From Octopus bimaculoides (lineage: Eukaryota): 47,724 bases of DNA. The position numbers and the translations under genes are program-made. Location of the stretch: the NCBI RefSeq assembly GCF_001194135.2, contig NC_068985.1:89917230-89964953 (forward strand), written 5' to 3'. Shown piece by piece: positions 1 through 12,845 of the stretch; positions within the stretch are counted from its first letter, which is position 1, and each line of letters begins with the position of its first letter. Below the pieces are notes generated by a model that searched no databases, had not been told where the DNA came from, and worked only from the letters and a program-made list of their open reading frames with translations.

Positions 1-132
1 ATTAAAAAAAACAACAAACAAAAAGGGAACGAGTGGGAGGGTGAAATATCAAGCGTTTGATTACCGTGCGAATATTTAAGAAACATTTCGGACTCTTTAA
101 CATTTCAGTATTCTTTTATTCCTTCATTCTTT

Positions 133-400
133 TATTCTTTTACTTGTTTCAGTCATTTGACTGTGGCCATGCTGGTGCACCGCCTTTAGTCGAGCAAATC
201 GACTCGAGAACTTATTCTTTGTAAGCCTAGTACTTTTTCTATCGGGACGTTTTGCCGAACCGCTATGTTACAGAGACGTAAACACACCAGCATCGGTTGT
301 CAAGCGATGTTGGGGGAGCAAACACAGACACACAAACATATATACACACATACATATACATATATACGACTGGCTTCTTTTCAATTTCCGTCTACCAAAA
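133..400 (-). mobile_element. SINE family A (tRNA-headed, CORE-like), 3' part
   Basis: Begins TATTCTTTTACTTGTTTCAGTCATTTGACTGTGGCCATGCTGG, which recurs at about 1793, 5988, 7309, 14872, 22975 and 30285; internal (CA)/(TA) spacer. Confidence 0.8.
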
Positions 401-1044
401 CCATATATATACATTTCAATAAGTGCATTGAATAATCAGAACGCCAGCCTGCTAGAAGTAGACCCCAAATTGTCTAGGAACCACTTACACTATTACTGTA
501 CCACCAGAAAGTTGTAAGCGCGGAAAATAGGCACCGAGGAGTTATTTTGATTATGAATTAAAATATTTACTAATCCACTCCTATAACATATTTACTTCAT
601 AATTATTCTAAGAAAATAACAACATGGTTGAAATAGACGCTTAAATTTTTAATTCGTGAATACGCGTGAAATGTATTTGTATTACTCATTATGGTGTTTG
701 TCCTGATGGGTCTCCAGAATATTAGTGAATTTTTATTCCCTTTTTCCTATACACATGTGGGCACAAATTTTCTGAAGACAGTTACACGCAAGAGATTTTC
801 TCTTGGACAAAATCCGTCGCTTCATGCATGTTGACAGTATATATAATTTTAAGCATGTAAGAAATAAGGCTATTTAAATTTCATCATAATATGTCTTGAA
901 TTTGTTGATATTATCTTAATTGATTTCCCTGCGAGCTGATGGAATTGTAAGCGCGCCGGACACATTTTGTCCGTCTCTAAAATCTTTTAATTCAATTAAG
1001 GTCAACTTCGGTTTTGAGGGTGGATAAAGTAATACCGTTCTATA

Positions 1045-1187
1045 TTTAGGACATGAGGAATTATGTACATTATCTACATTATTTAGTCCTTATCTTGTTT
1101 CTTTTTAACGCAACGTTTCGGCTGATATACTCTCCAGCCTTCATCGAACCTGGTTTCTCATTCCTAAGGTATTTTTTGATGTTGTTG

Positions 1188-1274
<87 letters not shown>

Positions 1275-1348
1275 CCACTGACTGGAATTGAACTCGGAAT
1301 CTTTGGGTTTGTATCCCGCGTTCTTAAGCACGACATCATTTGCCCGTA
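1045..1348 (-). mobile_element. Family C element (tRNA-like head + (AAT)n + hammerhead-like tail); ribozyme core partly deleted
   Basis: Colinear with copies at 11200-11420, 12435-12615 and 30733-31238. Contains CAACGTTTCGGCTGATATACTCTCCAGCCTTCATC, then a deletion that removes the CU of CUGAUGA and the stem I 5' strand; (TTA)n at 1193-1270; degenerate tRNA head at 1271-1345. Confidence 0.8.
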
Positions 1349-1792
1349 GTAATTCCCAGTCAAGTATTTGGGCGATGTAATCGACTCATACGAAATGGCT
1401 GGCCTTGTGCCAAAATTTGAAACCAATATTGTTATCGTAATTATTTTGGAAAATATCTTTCGGCCTAATAATTTTGTGTTATAAACTTTCCATCTCAATT
1501 TAGTTTTAGTTTATGCAAAATAAAACGTCCATATGTATTCAATCTTACGGTAGATTACAATGGAATCATTGACAATATTACACGTCTATTGGAACGCATA
1601 CTGTAGAGTTATCATTAACTTCCTTATAAATATGCTTCCATTGCATATTTATAAGGATGTTATGTCTGTAACCATGGCTACATATGTGTGTTTCTCCAAT
1701 TCGGAATGCTGAGTAGTAATTCAATTCTGAATTAAGGATTAATTTTGTTTTCCTTTTTTTTTTCTTTTGTTAGCTGTGCAATAAGTATTTCA

Positions 1793-2075
1793 TCTTTTAC
1801 TTGTTTCAGACAATAGCATGCGGTCAAGATGGAGCATCGCTTTGAATGGTTTAATCAGAGAAATCGATACCAGTACATACATTTTTCAGGCCTGCAAAGT
1901 CACGAGGAGGTAAATAAACCAATGCCAGATGTGAAGCAACTGGCAGCCAACAACAAACACCAGGACGCACACTTACATACGTATGCACGTATGCACGCAC
2001 GCACACACGCACGCACGCACGGATGCTGATATACGACAGGTTTCAACCCTTCTCCGTCTACCAAATTCATTCATT
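1793..2075 (-). mobile_element. SINE family A, degenerate
   Basis: TCTTTTACTTGTTTCAG ... CCGTCTACCAAATTCA, similar to the other family A copies. Confidence 0.7.
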
Positions 2076-2394
2076 ATTTATCGGCAAGGGGAACTTTGAA
2101 GAAGTTATATATATATATGCCACTCTTGAATGCCAGTTCATGTGGAACAATTTTCCCATTGCATAGTGAGTAGAGAGACGTATCATAACTGGGACACGTC
2201 TATCGGAATACTACCAGGGTCGGGAATTGCTTTTCAAATATATTCTAAAGAAGTGTATCGATCCTGTCAAAACTTCCAAAATATATAAGCAAATCAAGTG
2301 GGGATGAGCAGGTGTTTGGAAATAATTTACAACATTATTCATCAGTTGCTGCTGAAGCTGAATGCAAATAATCATTTCATTTCTATCTTCGCAG

Positions 2395-2463
2395 GAGAAT
2401 GTTTATAGCTCATATATAAGGCTTCTTCATGTACAATACGAACACAGTTTGCGCATCGTGAAG
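2395..2463 (+). CDS. Candidate coding exon of an unidentified gene (ENVYSSYIRLLHVQYEHSLRIVK)
   Basis: Acceptor TTTCATTTCTATCTTCGCAG; 69 nt; only the phase-0 frame is open; weak donor AAG|GTCTTA. No homology recognised. Confidence 0.3.
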
Positions 2464-3791
2464 GTCTTATTTCGACGTTCATCGGAATAAAATTACATAC
2501 ATAAGCATGAATGTATAACTATATATGTCTTAGTACATGCTCATGTATATGTACATTCTCTCATACGTACAAACGCATATATGCTTGCTACATTCACTTT
2601 TCATTAAACGTCCAACATATCAAAATCCTAGGCGACTCTCTCAACACATTTCTGACTTAAAATACGGTGCAAACTGTCATCTTCGACTAGTGAAGCCGTG
2701 TGTATGCACATATGTACTTATGACTGAGTGTCTGTGATACTCGTGCTTGTATGAAATTCTATATGTATATAGCACGTAGGTGCTTTTTTACGTAGGTGCT
2801 TTCTAACGTTGGTGCATTCATATCGCTAAGTTTGCTTAAATAAGACTTTCTGCAGCATGCGTAAAATAATATTTTCTGCATGTGTAAAACATATCCATAA
2901 TCGGGGGAATGAAAAACATATTCTCCTAATGAGGGCGCATTGAACCAGAAACACAGGGAAAATTGCTGCCATCGAACAGAACAGCAATACTTTTCTTACG
3001 CAGATAAATCCAACGAAGTATTTGTTATAAATTTATTATCCCCACACACCTCATTCTCCTTCCAATCGCTAAAACACTGCTGTTATATATATATANNNNN
3101 NNNNNNNNNNNNNNNNNNNNNNNNNNNNNNNNNNNNNNNNNNNNNNNNNNNNNNNNNNNNNNNNNNNNNNNNNNNNNNNNNNNNNNNNNNNNNNNNNNNN
3201 NNNNNNNNNNNNNNNNNNNNNNNNNNNNNNNNNNNNNNNNNNNNNNNNNNNNNNNNNNNNNNNNNNNNNNNNNNNNNNNNNNNNNNNNNNNNNNNNNNNN
3301 NNNNNNNNNNNNNNNNNNNNNNNNNNNNNNNNNNNNNNNNNNNNNNNNNNNNNNNNNNNNNNNNNNNNNNNNNNNNNNNNNNNNNNNNNNNNNNNNNNNN
3401 NNNNNNNNNNNNNNNNNNNNNNNNNNNNNNNNNNNNNNNNNNNNNNNNNNNNNNNNNNNNNNNNNNNNNNNNNNNNNNNNNNNNNNNNNNNNNNNNNNNN
3501 NNNNNNNNNNNNNNNNNNNNNNNNNNNNNNNNNNNNNNNNNNNNNNNNNNNNNNNNNNNNNNNNNNNNNNNNNNNNNNNNNNNNNNNNNNNNNNNNNNNN
3601 NNNNNNNNNNNNNNNNNNNNNNNNNNNNNNNNNNNNNNNNNNNNNNNNNNNNNNNNNNNNNNNNNNNNNNNNNNNNNNNNNNNNNNNNNNNNNNNNNNNN
3701 NNNNNNNNNNNNNNNNNNNNNNNNNNNNNNNNNNNNNNNNNNNNNNNNNNNNNNNNNNNNNNNNNNNNNNNNNNNNNTATATATATATATG

Positions 3792-3828
<37 letters not shown>

Positions 3829-3955
3829 GTAGATATATATATAGTAAATTGTTCAGTGTAAAATGTCTTAATATAACTATACATATTAAGGACAGTGACG
3901 AGTTTCAATCATCTTCTTTTAGCTCATTTTCACTTCTATTGAAATAATCATTTCT

Positions 3956-4322
3956 ACAATAGGCACAAGGTCTGGAAGTTGGTGGGAGGGTGCCAATCGA
4001 TTAGATCGACCCCAATATGCAACATAGAGGTGACAAACAAAGACAGACAAAGGGATTAAGTCGGTTACGTCCCTTTGTCTGTCCTTGTTTGTTTCCTCTA
4101 TGTGTAGCCCCTTGTGGGCAATAAAGAAACAAGAAACGTTAGCATGCCGGGCGAAATGCTTAGCGTATTTTGTCTGTCTCCACGTTCTGTGTTCTAATTC
4201 CGCCGAGGTCGACTTTTCCTGTGATCCTTTCGGGGTCGATAAATTAAGTACCAGTTAAATACAAAGGTTGATCTAATCGACTGGCTTCTTCTCCAAAATT
4301 TTGGGCCTTGTGCCTAGAGTAA
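3956..4322. mobile_element. SINE family B cluster (inverted tail fragment plus a + strand copy)
   Basis: GAAACGTTAGCATGCCGGGCGAAATGCTTAGC ... CCTTTCGGGGTCGATAAATTAAGTACCAG ... GGGCCTTGTGCCTAGAGT on + (about 4134-4322); reverse-complement tail at 3956-4055. Confidence 0.8.
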
Positions 4323-4673
4323 AAAAAAAATAATGGCCGATTACAAATGACGAATCAAACTATTTTTTTAGCATTTGAAATGTATCTAATGAGAACCTTG
4401 AATGAAAATGAAGATGAAGATCTGGAGATATGATATGGAAAAAGAAGCTTAATTTGAATTTGTGTCCAAAGACATATTTACAACTCGCTAATTAAATTAA
4501 GTGTTTTACTATTCTCTTTCACATCGTTAAAAATCAACGCTAGAGTTTTGGATTTCTTCCGCTCAGTCAGGAAAAAATTCTATTTATTCTAATTCATATT
4601 CAGTAAAAGTCATCCATGTGTATGTGTGACTATCGGAACGCGTGTAAGCCACACACATACACACACACACACA

Positions 4674-4720
<47 letters not shown>

Positions 4721-4843
4721 NNNNNNNNNNNNNNNNNNNNNNNNNNNNNNNNNNNNNNNNNNNNNNNNNNNNNNNNNNNNNNNNNNNNNNNNNNNNNNNN
4801 NNNNNNNNNNNNNNNNNNNNNNNNNNNNNNNNNNNNNNNNNNN

Positions 4844-4893
<50 letters not shown>

Positions 4894-5987
4894 AGAACGA
4901 GTCAGAGAATTACAGAACCACAGATATGTTCACCAATAATTTTTTATCCCATTTGTAACTTCTCAATTTTTTTTCTGTCGTCCTAACTTAATTACATTCA
5001 TTTCTCAATTCTCACTTGAAAAATATATTATTTGAACCGTATTTGAGGAATATATAATGTTATTTTTTTTCTCCAGGTAATAATTTATGTGAAAACTATA
5101 ATCAATCTCACAGCCAATCTCCAACCGCAAGATTTTGGTCAACCCAAATTACAGCAAAGCTTGATTTTAGCGCATGATACAGTCTACACGTTGCCAAATG
5201 AAATGCTCAACGCGCAACCATATCTGCCGTATCATATCTGCCGTATCTTTGACTCTCCTTTATTCCTGAAATCTCACCTGTGATAAATGAATTTCCGTTT
5301 TTATATCCGCGTTGTTTTATATTTTGATGTTATCTTAATCACATCTTAATCATATTTATGTCGTTTTGCACCTTCACTCATGTTTTCACGGTTATTTCCT
5401 GTTCAGTATGTTTCCTTTTAAGTGTCCAGAAGTTTTATTGTCACATCGTGTCAAGAGAAAAGGAAGGGAGAAAAACCTCGTGCAGGAAACATTGAAATTG
5501 CGGAAAGCAATATATTACGGAAATAACATTACCAAGCACAACACTTCCGAAGACAATCGGTTAAAATAAACATTCATCAGGAAGATTTGGAAGCTTGTTA
5601 ACGGAAACAAATTTCTCTCAATAACATTTAAAATAGAATCAGCATTCATTTGCTTTCTCTGCATAATTTTGGAATAAACATTTTGTTTATTTTTTTGGTT
5701 CATTATTATTGAATTTAATTACTATCAAATAAAGTATGGTATTTCAACGAAAGTTATCCTATTCAGAATTCTTAAGAACAGTGGGAGCCCTTTATCTTTG
5801 TTCCATGCTGGGTGTTTCATAAATTCAAAAACAGTCGATCGAGCAAAATATTTGAAATGAATCGCCTGGAATACTGGTGTTCATATACTAATGGAGTTTT
5901 CCAACGGAAAACATGTGTTCTTTGTCCTCACGGTCTAATTAGAAATGGGTCAAGATATAGAGTCGCAGATACATTTTACTGTTTATA

Positions 5988-6460
5988 TTTTACTTGTATC
6001 AGACTCCAGACATCGGCCATGCTGGAGCATCGCCTTCAAGGATGTTTAGTCGAATAAATCGAACCCATTAATAATTCATTTGTAACAGAGTACATGTTTT
6101 ATCATTCTGTTTTGTCAAACCGCTAGTTTATGGTACAAAAACACACCAGTTGGCATTCTGAGAGTGGGCGATACAGGCACATACGCACAGACACACTCAC
6201 GCATACAATCGCACATACACATAAACACACACACATACACATAGCCGCAACTAGACACACAAACAAACGCATACACTGACACAGACACACATATATACGA
6301 TAGACTTCTTTCTGTTTCCCTTTACCAAATCTTTTCTCGGGGATATCGTTTGTCTAAATCTGAAGTAGGAGACATTTGCCCAAGGTCTTACACAGTGGGA
6401 CTGAACCTGGAACCATGTGGTTGGGAAGCAAGCATCTGGCCACGTAGCCACGCCTGCCCC
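5988..6460 (-). mobile_element. SINE family A, near full length
   Basis: Tail at 5988 and tRNA-like head at 6390-6460 (reverse complement of GGCGTGGCTACGTGG...CACATGGTTCCAGGTTCAGTCCCACTGTG...CCTTGGGCAAATGTC). Confidence 0.8.
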
Positions 6461-6527
6461 TAAGGGAATAAAATTGAACGTAAGTGATTACAGATTATTA
6501 TATTTTTTGTTTGTTTCATAATAGTGA

Positions 6528-6652
6528 TTGCTTAGTGTCCGATAGAATAAGTACCAGGTTTACAAATACTCAGTCTTGTGGTCGATGTGTTCGGCTAAAG
6601 GCGGTGATCCAGCATGGCCGCAGTCAAAGGACTGAAACAGGCAAAATAAAAT
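6528..6652 (+). mobile_element. SINE family A, 3' half
   Basis: CCGATAGAATAAGTACCAGG ... GCGGTGATCCAGCATGGCCGCAGTCAAAGGACTGAAACAGG. Confidence 0.75.
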
Positions 6653-7308
6653 AATCAAATGGTATCTTACGTCTTAAGAAAATATGACTTGAAGAAGTAA
6701 ATCCAAATTAAATCTTCTGAAAAGCTGTGACTTATCAGTCATAGCGTAATTAAGATTAAACTCTTTACAAATGTGTTTATGATTAAGGAGTGACGAAAAC
6801 GAAAAGAAAGAGTTATTTCTAATGCAATTTTCGATCATGGAATTTGCTATATTTAGCATACACCAGCACATTCCTAGAAAATTATGATATGGATAGCATG
6901 TGCGAGTTATGCATATTCACACATTCAAAGTAGCTAACGAAATATTTTGGGAATTTCCAAGAAATACGTGATATACATGTCAAATACATATACAAAAAAT
7001 GTATAAACGTAACAACATATTCATTGTTCTACTTGGAACAGAATGCCGCCGAAATGTCTCCCTCAAATGATACTATAGTGCTTCAAAAGAAAAGAGACGC
7101 AGGATAAAGGTGTTCTGGATTATACATCGAGGGAAAAACACGAGATGTTCAAAACGTTGTTTGGGACGTCTGATCGATGACAAACTATTTTGAAGTAAAC
7201 AATGTGCATACTTATATACACATACATCTAAATACACATATATTCTATACACATATAATACACATATATGCTATAAATACTATATGCTTAGTAATGTTTT
7301 TAGTTGTT

Positions 7309-7641
7309 TTTTTACTGTCATTTTGACAGTGGCCATGCTGGAGCACCGCTTCGTAGACGAAAAAAATCAGCCCCCGGGCTTATTCTTTATAAGCCGTGTA
7401 CTTATTCTATCGGTCTCTTTACCGAACCGCTAAGTTAGGGGAACGTAAACACCAACATCGGTTGTCAAGCGATGGTGGGGAGACAAACACAGACACAGAC
7501 ACCCACAGACACACACACACACACACATACACACATATAAATATGCTCTGTTCATCATTTTGTCCACGTCTTTTTGCAACGTCCTGCACCCAGATATGCA
7601 TCTATATATGCATGTAGATGTAGGTATGTACATACATGTAC

Positions 7642-7673
<32 letters not shown>

Positions 7674-7905
7674 NNNNNNNNNNNNNNNNNNNNNNNNNNN
7701 NNNNNNNNNNNNNNNNNNNNNNNNNNNNNNNNNNNNNNNATATATATACGACGGGCTTCTTTCAGTTTTTGTCTACCGAATTCACTCACAAGATTTCGGT
7801 CGGCCAGTGGTTATAGTAGAAGACGCATTCCTATGCTGCACGCATTAGGACTCTGCACGGGCCTACGTGGATGGGAGGCACGCTTCTTACCACACAGCCA
7901 CACCT
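7309..7905 (-). mobile_element. SINE family A, full length, with a (TA)n/N-gap inside
   Basis: Tail at 7309, head ending ...CTTACCACACAGCCACACCTG at 7905; internal (CA)/(TA) arrays and gap 7674-7739. Confidence 0.8.
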
Positions 7906-8245
7906 GTAACATACAAGAAAGGTAGGTTTATTGTATGAAATACCATAATCTAATAGTTGCCTTGGCACAACATATCCACATCATAATGAAATAAACATTT
8001 TAGCCACTTCAGTTGCTTCTGTCTGCCTTTGCTGTACATTTTGTTAATTTCTAATAACAAGAAACTCGATAATAAATATTAAATTTGTTTCCCGTTACGT
8101 TATATATAAACGGATATTTTTTCCGTATCATGAAGAAATATAATGAGACAATCTCTTCGAAAATATTGCGATTTCAAAAATCGAGTATATTTTATCGGAT
8201 CCATAGTTGCTGCTTCTATTAGGTTCCAATTTTTCTTTCTACTAG

Positions 8246-8329
8246 ATTGCAATTCACGTTGCGGAAGACTTTCCTAACGTACGGGTCAACATTAGTGATC
8301 GTGTTCGATTTCAAACTACAAAACTACGG
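8246..8329 (+). CDS. Candidate coding exon of an unidentified gene
   Basis: Acceptor TTTTCTTTCTACTAG, donor CGG|GTAATG, 84 nt. Two frames are open: IAIHVAEDFPNVRVNISDRVRFQTTKLR (phase 0) or LQFTLRKTFLTYGSTLVIVFDFKLQNY (phase 2). Confidence 0.35.
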
Positions 8330-8529
8330 GTAATGCTTCAATCAATGCTGAATATTAAGATAAAATAATTTGTACTGAAGATTGGTGATATTCTTCAAAC
8401 GAAATCTAATGGCAATTGATTATTCTAGGCACGCAATGAGGTTTCATGTAGAAAATATAATTTAGAGAAACAAAGAAGAGCATCAAAGTGGGTGACATTT
8501 TTAATCAATATCTATCTATCTATATTTCA

Positions 8530-8578
<49 letters not shown>

Positions 8579-8728
8579 NNNNNNNNNNNNNNNNNNNNNN
8601 NNNNNNNNNNNNNNNNNNNNNNNNNNNNNNNNNNNNNNNNNNNNNNNNNNNNNNNNNNNNNNNNNNNNNNNNNNNNNNNNNNNNNNNNNNNNNNNNNNNN
8701 NNNNNNNNNNNNNNNNNNNNNNNNNNNN

Positions 8729-8768
<40 letters not shown>

Positions 8769-9079
8769 CACGCACATATGTATATATATATATGCATACT
8801 TGCATATATATATGTATATATATATATATAAGCGTACATACGTACTATATATGCATATTTATATATTTGTTTATTTATCTGTTTATTTGAATATATATGT
8901 ATGTATGTACCTAACTCAATATATGTATTTGTATATCTATGTATCTAATTTTGTGTATCAATTTGTGTATATGCGTGATTGTGTGTATTTGTACGTATAT
9001 ATATGCATATGTGTGTGTGTGTGTGTGTGCGTGTGTGTATGCGTATGGTTACTTTTGAAACCAAATAACATTTTTACAG

Positions 9080-9103
9080 AAGTCAGACTAAAAATGGAAA
9101 GCG
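9080..9103 (+). CDS. Candidate 24-nt microexon
   Basis: Acceptor ACATTTTTACAG, donor GCG|GTATGT; open in phase 1 and phase 2, stop in phase 0. Confidence 0.2.
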
Positions 9104-9657
9104 GTATGTCATATTTCTTCGTGCACTGTTGTCAATGTAATCTTCAGGCTTTACTCAATAACATTCCGGCAGGCATTGCTCTATTGTGTCAATTGGACTT
9201 ATACACGAGATAATTTGTTGGGGATATGTTAAATAAAACATTAAATTTTGTAATGATACGATAGATTATATTTATAGTTTGAAATACCTTCTGATCTGTG
9301 ATGCGGGCTGAAATTTATTGGATGTAGAATGTGAATTTTCATTCATCAATGTACACGCATACAAATACACACACTCAGACATATAAACACATATGAATTT
9401 TTAGAAAAATATGTATGTATACATACCCCCACCACAGACAAATGAGCACATGAGTGGAAAACAGGGTGAAAGAAATAGTAGTCAAAAAGTAACTGCATGA
9501 AGGACGGGAACGTGAAACATTGAGTAACAGTCTAGTGATAATAAATGTATGTATAAGTGAGTGCATATGTATATAAATGTGTTTATTTATTTGTTTGTTT
9601 ATATATATATACAAAAGCACACACACGCAAATATGAATATATGTAGAAATGAACAAA

Positions 9658-9689
<32 letters not shown>

Positions 9690-10039
9690 NNNNNNNNNNN
9701 NNNNNNNNNNNNNNNNNNNNNNNNNNNNNNNNNNNNNNNNNNNNNNNNNNNNNNNNNNNNNNNNNNNNNNNNNNNNNNNNNNNNNNNNNNNNNNNNNNNN
9801 NNNNNNNNNNNNNNNNNNNNNNNNNNNNNNNNNNNNNNNNNNNNNNNNNNNNNNNNNNNNNNNNNNNNNNNNNNNNNNNNNNNNNNNNNNNNNNNNNNNN
9901 NNNNNNNNNNNNNNNNNNNNNNNNNNNNNNNNNNNNNNNNNNNNNNNNNNNNNNNNNNNNNNNNNNNNNNNNNNNNNNNNNNNNNNNNNNNNNNNNNAAC
10001 AAAGTAAAGATTCTAGTTACCGCACTAGTGAAAATATAT

Positions 10040-10280
10040 ATGAAAGAAGGATGTGTGTTTCTGTGTGTGTGTCGTGGTTGTGTGATTGCGTTTGTCCCCC
10101 TCACCATCACTTCACAAACGACGTCGGTGTGGTTATATCCTCGTAACTTAGCGGTTCGGCAAAAGAGACTGATAAATAAGTACTAGGCTTACAAAGAATA
10201 AATCCTGGAGTCGATTTCTTCAACTAAGCGAGGTGCTCCGGCATGGCCGCACTTCGAATGCCTGAAGCAAGTAAAAGAAT
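10040..10280 (+). mobile_element. SINE family A, 3' half
   Basis: GTAACTTAGCGGTTCGGCAAAAGAGACTGATAAATAAGTACTAGGCTTACAAAGAATAAATCCTGG ... GGTGCTCCGGCATGGCCGCA. Confidence 0.8.
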
Positions 10281-10759
10281 ACCCGAATAAGAGAATAAAC
10301 ACAATTGTACAAACTACATGCGTTGTCCATTTATGCTTAATTCCCTTCGTTTTTCATATTTGAAATTACAAGATCATGTTGACAATACTTAGGAGTAACG
10401 TGTGCGATACCGATGCGTTAATATCGAAACATCCAAATGTTGTTACAATTGGGACAGCTAACAGATACACGCAATTAAATGTGATAGTTAACATGAAGTT
10501 GTCTACTGACGTTACGATATTTCTCTGAGTTGGTATAGGCAAAGCTGCCAAATGTCAAACCAAATTAGAAGTTTGTGTACAGGTTTACGAAGTTTGATCT
10601 TCATAACTAATTGCTGTCTACCGAATAGAGATAGCAAACATTATGCAGAGCAGTACTATGTCTGAATACATATACATGTGAGTGTATGTATGTGAGTGAG
10701 TAAGAGCGTGTGTGTGTGTGAGTGTGTGTGCCCATGTGTGTGTGTGTGTGTGTGTCGAA

Positions 10760-11125
10760 AAGACTATCGGAAGTTGTTTTACACCACTTGTCACGAGGCG
10801 CTTCCAATTCTTTCTTGACTAAACTGTTCGTCATTCTTTTTCCTGTTGATGGAAATTGTTCGACTAAGTCGTATTCCTATCATCATGGAGGCTTTCCAAG
10901 AAATTTTTTTCCGATCACTTGAATGCCATCCGGCAATTGCACGATGTCAGGCCAGTTGTCTGTGAACATTGTGACACGTCCGGCCCAGATAAACTTGTCA
11001 TTTCCATATTCTCGCAAGCACGTCTTTCTCTTAGCTCCATTCGCGAAACGACCGCATATTGAACATGCTCGCGTATTGAAAGCGGGGATAGCATTGATCC
11101 GTTGCAATGCAAAGGGCTACAGGAA
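10760..11125 (-). mobile_element. Decayed RTE-like LINE, C-terminal end of the RT ORF
   Basis: Minus-frame KTCLREYGNDKFIWAGRVTMFTDNW...GKKFLGKPP** resembles the remembered RTE C-terminal motif RWAGHVARxxDNRW...KRPxGRPP; stops and frameshifts present. Confidence 0.5.
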
Positions 11126-11206
11126 GATTCATTCTACAAAAAACACACACAAACCTACACACGATCCACATGCAGATAGAAGATAGATAAGCAAATGATG
11201 AAAGTG

Positions 11207-11282
<76 letters not shown>

Positions 11283-11420
11283 CAACAACAACATCGAAAA
11301 ATACTTTCGGAATGAGAATCCAGGTCCGAAATTTTCCCAAAACACCTGGTGAAGGCTGGAGGGTGTATCAGTCGAAACGTTGTGTTAACAACAAACAAGA
11401 TGAGGACAAATATCTGTCTT
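11207..11420 (+). mobile_element. Family C element, headless ((TAA)n/(CAA)n + hammerhead-like tail)
   Basis: (TAA)n/(CAA)n at 11207-11292, then CATCGAAAAATACTTTCGGAATGAGAATCCAGG...GATGAGGACAAATATC. Confidence 0.8.
11341..11386 (+). ncRNA. Minimal type-I hammerhead-like motif, core mutated (CUGGUGA)
   Basis: AACAC-CTGGTGA-A-GGCTG(gagggtgtat)CAGTC-GAA-ACGT-T-GTGTT; stem I AACAC/GTGTT is perfect. Confidence 0.55.
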
Positions 11421-11865
11421 TATGTTCTGAGTTTACAAATTTCGACATGCAGTGGCGATAACCTCAAAGATCCGCTTAAAATAGTAATTTGTCGGACACG
11501 TAACCCCAGGCAAATCTAACGAATATCACGAATGTCACATGTATGTAATATGAGAAAGTTAATAAGGTGAGCTTGTTTTCACCGGGAATGGGACCAGATA
11601 ACGTTATGATAATAAAAGACTGTTTGTAAATGATACTATCTCAAGAAACAAATATTTACAATTAGCTTCGGTAGTTTTTAGTTTGATTTCTATTTTCGGT
11701 CCAGCTATTTGTTCATACACACAAACTATTCTGGTTGTCAGCGCAGTTAACTTTTGATCATCATATATGCTTTTATGACTTAAAGCTCAATTTGGACAGC
11801 TTTCTTAAATCAGGTGTATTTTCTGTCAACTTATTTCCTTCCTTCCACCTTTTCTCCCTTCTTGC

Positions 11866-11922
11866 TTTCCTTCCTTCCTTCCTTCCTTCCTTCCTTCCTT
11901 CCTTCCTTCCTTCCTTCCTTCC
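11866..11922. repeat. (TTCC)n microsatellite
   Basis: Directly visible. Confidence 0.95.
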
Positions 11923-12434
11923 TGTATGCCCTTCTTTATTTCTTTCAATTTATTGTATTTGACAATGCTTGACGTTGTGTGCATGTCCTAATTATATCTC
12001 TAATTGTGGTTTAAATTGTATCGTTGTTTTCTAATTTAATTTTTGCGTTTTATGCACACAAAATGGTTTCATATTATACTCTCGATACATGAAATATTCA
12101 TGTTTTTTCACCTCTACTTCTACGCATAAGGCCAACTATATTCATATTTGATTTCTTTCGGTTCCTCTTACTTAATATTTAATAAACCATTTTTTGTTCT
12201 ATTGCAACTTTGTGCAGAAAATTAATACACCATCGAATAATAAGTAACGAGAATGAGCCACAAAATACAAGAGAAATATAATTGTTGATACACATATACA
12301 TGTTGCCAAACATTCACACATACCCACACAGACGTGCGTGCGCTCTAGGAGGGGCACACAGTACACAAATGCAAACAGAACTGCTTACATGACTCCTTTT
12401 CTTCACGAGTGATGATTAATTAATATAACGTCTA

Positions 12435-12615
12435 TTTCAGTTCTATATTTAAGAGATGATGAATTATGTACATTATTTACATTTAACGGATATGTGTCCG
12501 CATCTTGTTTCTTGTTAACACAACGTTTCGGCTGATATACACTCTAGCCTTCATCAGGTGTCTTGGTGGAAATTTCGAACATGGGTTCTCATTCCTCAGA
12601 TATTTTTCGTTATGT
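12435..12615 (-). mobile_element. Family C element, tail only
   Basis: GTTCTATATTTAAGAGATGATGAATTATGTACATTATTTACATTT ... GGGTTCTCATTCCTCAGATATTTTTCG. Confidence 0.8.
12517..12562 (-). ncRNA. Minimal type-I hammerhead-like motif, intact core
   Basis: Reverse complement reads GACAC-CTGATGA-A-GGCTA(gagtgtatat)CAGCC-GAA-ACGT-T-GTGTT; stem I has one G-U pair, stem II is 4 bp. Confidence 0.6.
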
Positions 12616-12667
12616 TAACCTCTATACAAGTTTTATAAAGCGTATTCAAAAATGTTGGTTCCGTTAT

Positions 12668-12845
12668 GGCGGTGAGCCGGTCGAATCGTTATGCCGTCGT
12701 ACAGAATGCTTAGCGCCATTTCTTCACACTTGAGATTCGCAATTCAAATGTCACCGGGATCTATTATGTTTTCCATCCTTTCAGAGTTGATAAAATACGT
12801 ACCAGCTGAACACCGGGATCGATTTAATTGACTTATCTACTCCCA
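12668..12845 (+). mobile_element. SINE family B, degenerate
   Basis: GGCGGTGAGCCGGTCGAATCG ... TTCCATCCTTTCAGAGTTGATAAAATACGTACCAG. Confidence 0.7.

Noticed and set aside
2772-2820. Three imperfect ~17-bp repeats (ACGTAGGTGCTTT) as a CRISPR-like array
   Set aside because: No spacers and a eukaryotic context; a simple local tandem duplication.
5078-5283. ORF after a strong acceptor (TTTTTTTTCTCCAG)
   Set aside because: No good donor, an internal ATATCTGCCGTATC tandem duplication, and no recognisable peptide in either open frame.
10760-11125. A Penelope ORF physically linked to the adjacent hammerhead element
   Set aside because: The remnant is on the opposite strand and matches RTE-type motifs; no GIY-YIG motif is visible.
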